IMG/VR virus record: IMGVR_UViG_3300048579_000376
Coordinates: 1-45,832 of that record
Length of the DNA: 45,832 nucleotides
Direction: 5' to 3' (one strand)
From: a virus
Taxonomy: Duplodnaviria; Caudoviricetes
Shown one piece after another: positions 24,322-33,700 of this stretch. The notes below the pieces were generated by a model that worked only from the letters and a program-made list of their open reading frames with translations, did no database searches and was not told where the DNA came from. A program made the position numbers and the translations under genes. The number at the start of each line of letters is the position of its first letter. Position 1 is the stretch's first letter.

Positions 24322-25578
24322 ATGGTCAATCGCCGTGGGTGTCCCGCCGTGTCCGAGGATGGAGTTGAGGTCAAGGGTGTCGAGATCCTGCGCCCCGGCA
24401 TCTATGTCGATGCCGGCGGCCAGCGGGTCGAGGTGACGCTCGCCGACCTGGAGGAGATGGCCGCCGGCTACGATCCGGCGCTGTCCGCCGCCCCGGTGGT
24501 GGTCGGCCATCCCCGCATGGACGACCCCGCCTATGGCTGGATGGGCCTGCTCTACCTGGGCAAGGCCGACGACGGCGGCGACGTGCTGCTGGCCGATCTG
24601 CGCGACGTCGAGCCCTCGTTCGCCGATTCCGCCATCCGCAAGCGCCGCTATCGCAACCGGTCGCTGTCGTTCTGGCGCCGCTCCAGCCAGGGCAATCCCA
24701 AGCCCGGCACCCTCTACCCCAAGCATCTCGGCCTGCTCGGCGCCCACGCCCCGGCGGTCAAGGGCCTCAAGCCCATCCAGATGGCGGCTGGCGACGAGAC
24801 GGTGGTCATCGAGCTGGGCGGCCCCGAATGGTCCTGGCGCCTTTCCCAGGTCGTCCGCACCTTCGCGCAGGTGTTCGGCCGCCTGCGCGACCAGGCCATC
24901 GCCAAGGATGGCGTCGAGGCCGCCGACCGGCTGGTCTCCACCTGGGACATCGAGGCGCTGCAGGCCGCCGCCGCCGAGATCGACGCGGCGCGGCGCGCCG
25001 AGGAGGCTCCCGCCCCCATTTTCGCATCCCCCAACCACGCCCCCAACCACGAAGGAGGCCAGATGGCCACCCAGGACGATACGGCGGCCCGCGAGGCCGC
25101 CCTGAACGAGCGGGAGGCCGCCCTGGCCGCCCGCGAAAAGGCGCTCGACGAGCGGACGGTGGCCCTGGCCGCCGCCGAGGCCGAGACCCACCGCAAGGCC
25201 GACGCGGCCTTCGTCGACGGGCTGATCAGGGAGGCCCGCCTGCGTCCCGCCGAGCGCGACCAGGTGTTGGCCGAACTGGCCGCCATGGACGACGGCGCGG
25301 CGACCATCGAACTGGCCGCCGAGGGTGGCGAGGCCACCCGTCTGACGCCCCGCGCCGCCTATCGCCGCCGCCTGTCCGCCGCCGCGCCGCTGGTGGCGCT
25401 GGGCGCGCATCCCGATCCCGGCGGACCCGAAAAGGGCGGCACCGTCGAGTTCGCGGCGCCGGCCGGCGTCGAGGTCGATCCGGCCGGCCTCGATCTTCAT
25501 CGCAAGGCGGTGGCCTATCAGGCCGCCCATCCCGGCACCCACTACATGGCGGCCGTCAAGGCCGTCGGCGGCAAGTAA
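24322..25578 (+). CDS. Prohead protease/scaffold (Mu gpI-like)
   Basis: EILRPG, APVVVGHP..DDPAYGW, HLGLLGA.APAVKGL. Exact start uncertain. Confidence 0.9.
   Translation: MVNRRGCPAVSEDGVEVKGVEILRPGIYVDAGGQRVEVTLADLEEMAAGYDPALSAAPVVVGHPRMDDPAYGWMGLLYLGKADDGGDVLLADLRDVEPSFADSAIRKRRYRNRSLSFWRRSSQGNPKPGTLYPKHLGLLGAHAPAVKGLKPIQMAAGDETVVIELGGPEWSWRLSQVVRTFAQVFGRLRDQAIAKDGVEAADRLVSTWDIEALQAAAAEIDAARRAEEAPAPIFASPNHAPNHEGGQMATQDDTAAREAALNEREAALAAREKALDERTVALAAAEAETHRKADAAFVDGLIREARLRPAERDQVLAELAAMDDGAATIELAAEGGEATRLTPRAAYRRRLSAAAPLVALGAHPDPGGPEKGGTVEFAAPAGVEVDPAGLDLHRKAVAYQAAHPGTHYMAAVKAVGGK
25063..25578 (+). CDS. Scaffold protein from an internal in-frame start (Mu gpZ-like)
   Basis: GAAGGAGG just upstream of an in-frame ATG, followed by a coiled coil. 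Confidence 0.65.
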   Translation: MATQDDTAAREAALNEREAALAAREKALDERTVALAAAEAETHRKADAAFVDGLIREARLRPAERDQVLAELAAMDDGAATIELAAEGGEATRLTPRAAYRRRLSAAAPLVALGAHPDPGGPEKGGTVEFAAPAGVEVDPAGLDLHRKAVAYQAAHPGTHYMAAVKAVGGK

Positions 25579-25587
25579 GGAGGCCCC

Positions 25588-26004
25588 ATGTCCCGCCAGT
25601 ACACTCCGCTGCTCTCGCTCTCCGCCGTCGCCAACGGCGACGTCTCCCCCCATCGCGCCGTCGGCTTCGACGGCGCCCAGGCCACGGTGGTCGGCCAGAA
25701 GGTCAAGGGCATCGCCCAATACGGCGCCGCCGACGGCGAGGCTTTCGCGATCGTCACCCACGGCACCTCCATCGCCGAGACCGGCGGCCCCTTTTCCGCC
25801 GGCGACTCGCTGATCGTCGACGCCCAGGGCCGGGTGGTCAAGACCACCGGCCCGCTGAAGATCGCCGCCGGTGCCACCCCGGTGACGTCCAGCGCCGCCA
25901 CCGGCCCGCTGGCCGGCGCCGACCTGCCCGAATACGTCGTCGCCGACGCGCTGGAGGATTCGGGCGGCGCCGGGAAGTTCGTCGAAATCCTGCTCCGCCG
26001 CTAA
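25588..26004 (+). CDS. Capsid cement/decoration protein (DUF2190-like)
   Basis: G.SIAETGG.F..GD.L..DAQGR, ending VEILL. Lies between the protease and capsid genes. Confidence 0.8.
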   Translation: MSRQYTPLLSLSAVANGDVSPHRAVGFDGAQATVVGQKVKGIAQYGAADGEAFAIVTHGTSIAETGGPFSAGDSLIVDAQGRVVKTTGPLKIAAGATPVTSSAATGPLAGADLPEYVVADALEDSGGAGKFVEILLRR

Positions 26005-26024
26005 CTGTCGCAAGGAATCAAGTC

Positions 26025-26951
26025 ATGACCACCCTCAACACCCGTGGCGTGCAGGTGATCGACCCGATCCTCAGCACCCATGCCCAGGGCTACCGCCCGG
26101 CCGCCAATGTCGGCTATCGCCTGATGCCCTACGTCGACGTCGATTCGTCGTCGGGCCAGGTCCTGAAATTCGGCAAGGAGTCCTTTGTCCTTTACAACAC
26201 CCGGCGCGCCCCCGGCGGGCGCACCGCCCGGGTCACCTACGGCTATTCGGGCGAACGCTACGCCCTGGCCCAGGACGCGGTGGAAGCCCCGGTGCCGCGC
26301 GAGTGGATGCGCGACGCCGCCCAGGTCCCCGGCATCGAGATGGGGCGCCGCGCCGTCAATCTGGTGATGGACAACCTGACCCTGACCGAAGAATACGAAA
26401 CCGCCAGGATCGCCACCACCGCCGCCAATTACGACAACAACCACAAGCTGACCCTGGCCGGCGGCACCAAGTGGTCGTCCGAGACCGGCAAGCCGGTCAA
26501 GGACATCCGCGATGCCGAGGAGGCGGTGCGCGCCTCCTGCGGCATGCGGCCCAACACCCTGGTGCTGAGCCCCGGCGCTTGGGAATCGGCGCGCGACAAC
26601 CCCAACGTCCTGTCCTACTTCAAGCTGCTGGACGGCTCCTCCGTCTCGCTGGAAATGTTCGCCCGGCTGGTCGAGAAGCGCGTCTACGTGGGCGACCGCA
26701 TGTACGCCGACGACGACGGCGATTTCCACGACGTCTGGGGCAACAACGCGGTGCTGGCCTACGTGCCGGACAACCCCGAGGGCCAGGAGCAGCCCAGCTA
26801 CGGCTACACCTACCGCCTGCGCGGCCATCCCATGGTCGAGACCCCCTATTGGGACCAGAGCTCGAAGTCCTGGATCTACGGCGGCACCTACGAACGCCAG
26901 CCCCAGCTGACCGGCATGGTCGCCGGCTTCCTGTTCGCCAACCCCAAATAG
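26025..26951 (+). CDS. Major capsid protein
   Basis: IDPILS..AQGY, FGKESF, RAPG, G.RPNTLVL, PSYGYTY. Confidence 0.92.
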   Translation: MTTLNTRGVQVIDPILSTHAQGYRPAANVGYRLMPYVDVDSSSGQVLKFGKESFVLYNTRRAPGGRTARVTYGYSGERYALAQDAVEAPVPREWMRDAAQVPGIEMGRRAVNLVMDNLTLTEEYETARIATTAANYDNNHKLTLAGGTKWSSETGKPVKDIRDAEEAVRASCGMRPNTLVLSPGAWESARDNPNVLSYFKLLDGSSVSLEMFARLVEKRVYVGDRMYADDDGDFHDVWGNNAVLAYVPDNPEGQEQPSYGYTYRLRGHPMVETPYWDQSSKSWIYGGTYERQPQLTGMVAGFLFANPK

Positions 26952-26961
26952 GAGACGTCCC

Positions 26962-27228
26962 GTGAAGCGGATCACCATCACCAGTCCGACCAAGACCGAG
27001 CATGGCCGCCTGATGCCCGGCGATACGCCGACGGTCGCCGACGATCTGGCCGCCGAGCTGGAGGGGCTGGGGGTGGCGGTCATCGACGGCGACGCCGACG
27101 ACGGTGCTCCCGGTTCCGGCGGCGGGGCGGATACGTCCGCCCCGCCGGCCGGGACCAACCAGCCCGCCGCCGGCCTTGCGCCCGCCGCCAAGGGCCGGGG
27201 CAAGGCCGGCAAGCAGGGGGCAAGATAA
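26962..27228 (+). CDS. Small head-associated hypothetical protein
   Basis: AGGAG RBS. HG....PGD...A.ELE.LG pattern with a low-complexity tail. Confidence 0.72.
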   Translation: MKRITITSPTKTEHGRLMPGDTPTVADDLAAELEGLGVAVIDGDADDGAPGSGGGADTSAPPAGTNQPAAGLAPAAKGRGKAGKQGAR

Positions 27229-27230
27229 GC

Positions 27231-27647
27231 ATGGCCTACATCACCCTGGACGACCTGGTGGCGCGCTACGGCGAGCGGGAGATGCTCGACACGGCCGACC
27301 GCGACGGCGACGGCACCCCCGATCCGGTGGTGCTGGATGCCGCCATCGGCGACGCCGGCCGCGACGTGGACGGCCAGATCGGCGGGCGCTACCACGTGCC
27401 GCTGGCCGATCCGCCCGAGCTGGTCCGCCGTCTGGCCTGCCAGCTGGCCCGCTATTACCTGCACTTCCAGCCGCCCGAGCATGTCCGGGCCGGCTACAAG
27501 GACGCCCTGGCCCAGCTGGCCGACATCCGCGACGGCCGGGTGGCGATCGACGCCCCTCCGGCCTCGGGCGGCGGCTCGGTATCCGGCCATCCCCGTGGGC
27601 GGGCGATGCCGCCCGTCTTCGCCGCCGGCCGGATCGGGGGGCCGTGA
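27231..27647 (+). CDS. Head-tail adaptor (Mu gp36 / DUF1320)
   Basis: MAYITLDDL..RYG, RY.VPL, ACQLARYYL, YKDAL..L. Confidence 0.9.
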   Translation: MAYITLDDLVARYGEREMLDTADRDGDGTPDPVVLDAAIGDAGRDVDGQIGGRYHVPLADPPELVRRLACQLARYYLHFQPPEHVRAGYKDALAQLADIRDGRVAIDAPPASGGGSVSGHPRGRAMPPVFAAGRIGGP

Positions 27648-28234
27648 TGGCGGCGGTCATCATCGACGATCGGGACGTCACCGCCCTGCTGACCAGGGTG
27701 GCGCTGCGCGCCGACGACCTGGAGCCGTTCTTCGCCCTCTGGGGGCCGTCCCTGGTGGGCGACGCGCAGCGCCGCTTCGACACCGGCACCGATCCGGACG
27801 GCCGGTCCTGGATACCTCTGGCGCTGTCGACCCGCAAACGCAAGACCAAGAAGGGGCGGACCCGCACCCTGGTCTGGGACGGCCATCTGCGCACCTCCAT
27901 TACCTTCCGGGCGTCGCGCACCATGCTGGAGGTGGGCACCCCCATGAGCTACGGCCCGACCCACCAGTTCGGGGCGCGGATCGAGCGCCACGCGCAGACC
28001 AAGGTCGGCAGCTATCGCCGCTGGCGCGATGTCACCGTCAAGCGCGCCGACGGCACCGCCTACACCGCCAAGCGATTCGCCGGGGCGGCCCACAAGCGCA
28101 TCAGCATGATGGCCCGCACCGAGATCGGTGCCGGCGTCATCAACATTCCCGCCCGTCCGTTCCTGGGCCTTTCGGCCCAGGGCCTGGCCGCCGGCCGGCG
28201 GCTGGCCGAACGACACTTCGCGGGGGGCGCCTGA
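27647..28234 (+). CDS. Virion morphogenesis protein (Mu gpG-like)
   Basis: RF....PDG..W.PL...T, VGT..Y...HQFG, IPARPFLG. Confidence 0.9.
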   Translation: MAAVIIDDRDVTALLTRVALRADDLEPFFALWGPSLVGDAQRRFDTGTDPDGRSWIPLALSTRKRKTKKGRTRTLVWDGHLRTSITFRASRTMLEVGTPMSYGPTHQFGARIERHAQTKVGSYRRWRDVTVKRADGTAYTAKRFAGAAHKRISMMARTEIGAGVINIPARPFLGLSAQGLAAGRRLAERHFAGGA

Positions 28235-28659
28235 TGCTCGCCCAGGTCTCCGCCCATCTGCGGGCCGCCGCCGGCAACCCGTTCATCGAAATCGGCACGG
28301 CGCTGTCGCTGGCCGCCGCCCAGGACAATCCCCCCCAGCGCGATCCGGTGGCGTGGGTCTACCCCTCGGCGGCGGCCGGGGAATCCTCCGGCCGGGTCAA
28401 CGCCACCCGCCAGCGGATCACCACCCGGATCGGCGTGGTGTTCTACCTGCGCCCCCGCGCCAACGACCCGGGGGGCGGCAAGTCGGCCGACCCCATCGAG
28501 CGGCTCTACACCTGGCTGCGCGGCGCCCTGATCGGCTGGGTCCCCGACCCCGCCACCGGCAACCCGATGGAGTTCCAGCGCGGCTATCTGGCCGGGCTGG
28601 ACGAGGGCGGGGTGTTCTGGGCCGAGGAATACGCGATCGATCACTACCATCGTCTGTAA
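28234..28659 (+). CDS. Tail terminator protein
   Basis: LRGALIGW.P motif and position before the tube gene. Confidence 0.8.
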   Translation: MLAQVSAHLRAAAGNPFIEIGTALSLAAAQDNPPQRDPVAWVYPSAAAGESSGRVNATRQRITTRIGVVFYLRPRANDPGGGKSADPIERLYTWLRGALIGWVPDPATGNPMEFQRGYLAGLDEGGVFWAEEYAIDHYHRL

Positions 28660-28669
28660 GGAGCACCCC

Positions 28670-28819
28670 ATGAGCAACGACGGCGGCGGCAGCTACGTCA
28701 AGGACCCCAAGACCGGCAAGGTCAAGCGCGTCGAGGCGCCCACGGCCCCGGCCGGGCACGTCCGTCCCATCCCGCCCGCTCCGGCCCCGGCCGGCGATGC
28801 GGACGAGAAGAAGGAGTAG
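28670..28819 (+). CDS. Small tail-region protein (49 aa, not in the ORF track)
   Basis: AAGGAG RBS. MSNDGGGSYVKDPKTGKVKRVE. Confidence 0.75.
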   Translation: MSNDGGGSYVKDPKTGKVKRVEAPTAPAGHVRPIPPAPAPAGDADEKKE

Positions 28820-28824
28820 GCCCT

Positions 28825-29748
28825 ATGTATTACTGGAAAAAGAAGGCGCTGCTGGCCCTGAAGGAGGTCACCTACGGCACCGACGCGGCGCCGACGGCGG
28901 CCAACGTGGTCCGCGCCCACGACGTCAGCATCAACCCGCTGGAGGGTGACGTGCTGGACCGCGCCTCGGTGGCGCCCTACATGGGCGCCGGCGATTCGCG
29001 GCTGGTGGGCAAGCACATGAAGCTGTCCTTCGCGGTCGAGGTCGCGGGCTCCGGCACCGCCGGCACCGCGCCGGCCTACAAGGATCTGATGAAGGCCTGC
29101 GGTCTGGCCGAAACCGTCACCGCCGGCACCGACGTCGCCTACACCCCGGTCTCCGACGGATTCGATTCGGTCAGTATCCACCTCAACATCGACGGGGTGC
29201 GCTACAAGGTGCGCGGCTCGCGCGGCAACCTGTCCTTCGACATGCAGGCCAAGCAGATCCCGGTGTGGAAGTACGATTTCGTCGGCCTGTTCACCCTGGC
29301 GGATGCGGTGGCCCTGCCCACGGTCAATTTCGACGCCTACAAGGACCCGGTGGAGCCCACCGAGGCCAACACCCCCACCATCAAGGTGCATGGAATCGAC
29401 CTGATCCTGGTGTCGGCCGGCATCAACCTCAACACCAACCCCCGCCTGGTCAGCCGCTGCAACCGGGAGACGGTGCTGATCACCGACCATCCGGTGACGG
29501 CCGAGATGACGGTGGAAAAGCCGACGCTGGCCACCATCAACTTCCAGGCCCAGGCCGCCAGCCACGTCCGCGACGAGATCAAGCTGGTCCACGGCACGGC
29601 CGCCGGCAACATCGTCGAGATCGTCGCCCCCAAGGCGCAGATCACCCGCCTCGCCGTCAACCAGTCCGAGGATATCGTCACCGAGGCGCTGTCGCTGTCG
29701 CTCAAGCCCGACGCCGGCAACGACGAAATCACCATCATCTTCAAGTAG
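28825..29748 (+). CDS. Tail tube protein
   Basis: K.E.TYGTD, GSGTAGTAP...L.ACG, HGT.AGNIV, GNDE. Confidence 0.9.
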   Translation: MYYWKKKALLALKEVTYGTDAAPTAANVVRAHDVSINPLEGDVLDRASVAPYMGAGDSRLVGKHMKLSFAVEVAGSGTAGTAPAYKDLMKACGLAETVTAGTDVAYTPVSDGFDSVSIHLNIDGVRYKVRGSRGNLSFDMQAKQIPVWKYDFVGLFTLADAVALPTVNFDAYKDPVEPTEANTPTIKVHGIDLILVSAGINLNTNPRLVSRCNRETVLITDHPVTAEMTVEKPTLATINFQAQAASHVRDEIKLVHGTAAGNIVEIVAPKAQITRLAVNQSEDIVTEALSLSLKPDAGNDEITIIFK

Positions 29749-29756
29749 GGGCGGCC

Positions 29757-29981
29757 GTGGACAATCAGCACCAGCACATCAAGGGCTATCGGGACCTCTC
29801 CGAGGCGGAAATCGCCCTCATGAACAAGGTGAAGGCCATCGCGGAGGACGTCGGCCACCTGGTGGACGAGATGGCCGACCTGCCGGGTGCCGATGGGCGC
29901 TGGGTAGCTATCGGCAAGACCGACCTGCAGAAGGGCTTCATGGCTTTGGTCCGCTCCATCGCCCGTCCGACCACATTTTAA
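29757..29981 (+). CDS. acb2: Anti-CBASS protein Acb2 (cyclic-oligonucleotide sponge)
   Basis: GTG start. MDNQHQHIKGYRDLSEAEIALMNKVK...GRWVAIGKTDLQKGFMALVRSIARPTTF closely matches Acb2 as I recall it. Confidence 0.9.
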   Translation: MDNQHQHIKGYRDLSEAEIALMNKVKAIAEDVGHLVDEMADLPGADGRWVAIGKTDLQKGFMALVRSIARPTTF

Positions 29982-29995
29982 CAGGGAGTAGCATT

Positions 29996-30382
29996 ATGGC
30001 CTTCAAAATCACGGCCGAACATCGCGTCTGGTGGCCGGTCTCGGTGCCGGTGCCCCAGGACGACGGCGGCGTGCGCAAGCACACTTTCAAGGTCCAATTT
30101 TTGGTCCTGCCCAAGTCGCGGATCGACGCGCTGCAGGCCGAGGCCATGGCCGCCATCGAGCGGCAGGGCCGGGGCGACGAGACGGCCCGCGACGATGCCG
30201 ATTTCCAGGGCCGTGTGCTGCGCGAGGCGGTCCAGGACTGGAAGGACCTGGTGGACGACGAGGACGAGACCGTGCCGTACGGCCCCGCCGTCCTGGCCGG
30301 CCTGCTGGACGTTCCCTACGTCCGCAACGCCATGTTCACGGCCTACGGCGAGGCGTCGGCGGGACGCAAGGCGGGAAACTGA
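29996..30382 (+). CDS. Tail assembly chaperone (G-like)
   Basis: Position between tube and tape measure. Ends with the slippery G GGA AAC TGA. Confidence 0.85.
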   Translation: MAFKITAEHRVWWPVSVPVPQDDGGVRKHTFKVQFLVLPKSRIDALQAEAMAAIERQGRGDETARDDADFQGRVLREAVQDWKDLVDDEDETVPYGPAVLAGLLDVPYVRNAMFTAYGEASAGRKAGN

Positions 30383-30735
30383 GACAGGCCGCCCGCCACT
30401 GGGCGGCCCCGCCCCGGGACCGCCGGGCCGATGCCGAGGAGGCCGCCGACCTGGCCTCCTTCGGCGCGCCGGCCGAGCTGGTGGCCGGCGCGGCCGAGGA
30501 TGGCGGGGCGGCCTGCGAGGTCCACGACGATTGCTGGGAGACGGTCAAGGTGTTTCTGGCCATGGAGACTCAATGGCGCCTCGATCAGGGCTATCCCATC
30601 GGCATGGACTACGCCGCCCTGCCGGTGGTCTGCCGTGGCCTGCGGTGCAGGTTTACGCCCGACCTGTTCGACGATCTCCAGCTGATGGAGGGCGAGGCCC
30701 TGGCCGCCCTGGCGGAGCGTAGGGCCAAGCGATGA
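30373..30735 (+). CDS. -1 frameshift extension of the tail chaperone (GT-like, DUF1799)
   Basis: GGGAAAC at 30373-30379. The -1 frame reads KLRQAARHW...FLAMETQWR...GMDYAAL...LQLMEGEAL. Confidence 0.82.
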   Translation, partial: GKLRQAARHWAAPPRDRRADAEEAADLASFGAPAELVAGAAEDGGAACEVHDDCWETVKVFLAMETQWRLDQGYPIGMDYAALPVVCRGLRCRFTPDLFDDLQLMEGEALAALAERRAKR

Positions 30736-33700
30736 CCCTCGCCGTCTCCATCCAGATCCGGGGCGACGCCTCCAGCCTCAAGGCCGAGGCCACCCAGGCC
30801 ACCCAGGGCGTCAAGGTGCTGGGCGCGGCGGCGGCCGAGACCGGCCGGGCCGTCGACGCCATGGCCAACCAGACGCGCCAGGCGGCCGGCGCACTCGACG
30901 CCTACGGCCTGGCGGGGATGCGCAGCGCCCAGCAACTGCGTACCCAGGCCGAGGCCACCGCCACCGCCGGGCGGGCCCAGGCCGATGCCGTCCAGCGTTA
31001 CCGCGATTCCCTTGATCCCCTGGCCGCCGCCCAGCGCCGGGCGGCCGGCGAGATGGCGACCCTGCAGGGCTGGCTGGCCAAGGGCCTGGTCAATCAGGGC
31101 GAGTACGACCAGGGCGTCAAGCGCATCAACACCGGCCTGGCCGAGATGGGCAAAGCCGCCGGTACCTCCGCCGGCCAGATGGCCATGGCGCGCCGTACCG
31201 TCGTGATGAATCTGATGGACATGGGCCAGGCCGCCGCCGCCTCGGGCGGCGACCTGCGCATGATGGCCGCCATCGCGCCGGATATGTTCTACGGATTCAG
31301 CCTGATGGGTAAGGGTGCGTTGGCCGCCGCCCTGGGCATCACGGCGATCGGCGGGGCGGTGGCGGCGACGGCCGGCGCCTATATCATGCACGCCGAGTCG
31401 ATCAAAGAGCTGGATCGGGCACTGAAGGCCTCGAACGACAACGTGGGCAAGAGCCGCTCCGAGCTGGAGAGGATGGCGGTCGCCATGACGGCCGGCGGCG
31501 CGGTGTCGGTACGCGAGGCCCGCGTCATCGAGGGCGCCCTGGTTCGCATGGGGACGGTCGGCGGCGACAATTTCCGTAAGTTGACCGAGGTATCGACCGA
31601 TTGGGCCAGGCTCACCGGCAATGATGTAGCCGCGGCTGCCACTGATCTCGCCAAGGCATTGGATGATCCAGTCCAGGCGGCACACGAGCTTGATCGGCAA
31701 TACGCTCTGCTGACCGCAGGCCAGCTACGCGCCATCGAGGCAATGGATCGCGCCGGGAAAAAAGAAGAAGTCCAGGCGGCACTGTTGGAAGCCATCGGGA
31801 TTCGGGCGGCGGCGGCGGCCGATGATGTTGGACTGTTCACCCGGGCGCTCAACGCCATGTCTGACGTGGCCGACGGTCTCGGGTCGGCCTTGGGCAAGCT
31901 GGGAAGCGGTATCGCCGACGTGTTGTCGTTCGGCTCGAAAAAGTCTGACGATCCTGCGGAGATGCTGGCGCGCGCCCGTCAGGCGATGATGGCGGCCACG
32001 GCAAAGTATGGCGCTGACAGCCGAGAGGCTAAGGTCGCGGGGGCTGATTTCCGCTATTGGAGCATCCAGACCAATCTTGCGGCGGAAGCACCCCGCCAAA
32101 AAACAGAAAATGCCCGGACGGAAAAGGCGATCAAGGCCGGCAATTCGCTGGCCGATCAACTGGAGCCGGGCCTCGATCAGCGGTACCTGCTGGAAAAACA
32201 GTCATCGACGTTGATCGCTGCGGCGACGGCCGCCGCCCAGCGAGGGGACGTGGAAGCCGCCGCCCGGTTCAGCGCCCTTTATGCCGGCGTCGCGCGGGGT
32301 TTGGCAACTTACCAAACGGAAGGCCAAAAGGCGCTGAAGCTGTCACAGGCCCAGGCGGCGGCCATCGGCATCGAGTCGTCGGCGCGCGCCGTGCAACTGG
32401 CGCAGCAGACCAAGGCCATCGAGCTGATGGGCTCCTCCCTGCCCCCGGAGGAACAGGAACTGCAGATCCACGCTGCCGGCGCCCAGGCGTTGGCCCAGCA
32501 GGCGCTGGCCCGCCAGCAGTCCATCGAAAAGATGACCCTGGAGGCCGCCGCCGCCGAGCGGCTGGCCGCCGCGCTGGGCGGTGGTGGGGCGGCGCAGGAC
32601 AAGGCCGAGCTGGACAACATGCTGGCGGCCGAGGCCGCCCAGAACGGCGCTGCCCGTCTGGACGAGCTGGCCGCCGCCTATGCCCGCGTCCAGGCGGCCA
32701 AACGCGACCAGCAGGCCACCCAGCTGCTGCAGGGGCTGTCCGATGAGTACCAGGCGGCCAGCCTGCTGGCCGATGCCCAGGGCAAGGGGGCTGCCGCCAC
32801 GGCCGCCGCGACCATCGAGGCGGAGCGGGCCAAGCTGGTGGCCCAGGGCTACAGCGAGGAGGTTATCCAGACCGCCCTGGCGGTGATGCGCCTCACCCAG
32901 GCGGAAAAGGTCCGGGGCCAGCTGGCCGCCATGGACCGCGATTACGGCCGCCAGATCGAGCAACTGAACACCGAGCTGCGCCTGGTCGGCGCCACCGTAG
33001 AGCAGCGCGAATACGAACTGACCCTGCTGGAGATGCGCCGCAAGCTGGAAGACGCGGGCGTCGAGGACGTGGAAAAGGAGCTGCAGGCCCGCCGCCAGGT
33101 GGCCGCCGCCATCGCGTCGAAAAAGGCCGAGCTGGAAAAGGCCCAGGAAGCGGCACGGGAATGGGCACGGATCTGGGAGCACGGCGCCGAGAAGATCCAG
33201 GACGCCTTGGCCGGTGCGTTCAAGGGGGCTTTAACGGGGGGTGTTAATAATTTCACGGATTTCCGCCGTACCGTCACCGACCTCATGAAGGAGATGGCGG
33301 CGCAGATCGCCGCCATGCTGGTGTTCCGCCCCATCATCGGCGGGGTGGTCAACCTGCTGGGCCTGGGCGGCCTGGTTTCCGGCGGCGGTGGCCTGGGCGG
33401 CATCCTGGGCGGCGGCGGTGCCACCGGCGCGGCCGGTGGGGCGGGCGGCGCGTCCGGACTCTACACTCCCGGCCTGGGCGACGGCTTTTCGCTGGGCCAT
33501 GCCCTGGCCGGCGGCAGCGGGTCGTCGCTGTTCGGCACCGCCGGGTCCATGTCCGGCCTGTTGTTCGGCAATGCCGGTGATCCGCTGGTAACCGGCCTGT
33601 CCGGCCAGGGGCTGCTGGGCAGTGCCGGCACCTTGTTCGGCTCGACCCTGTTGGCCGACTCGTTTTTGCCGGGCCTCGGCGCGCTGGCCGGCGGCCTGAT

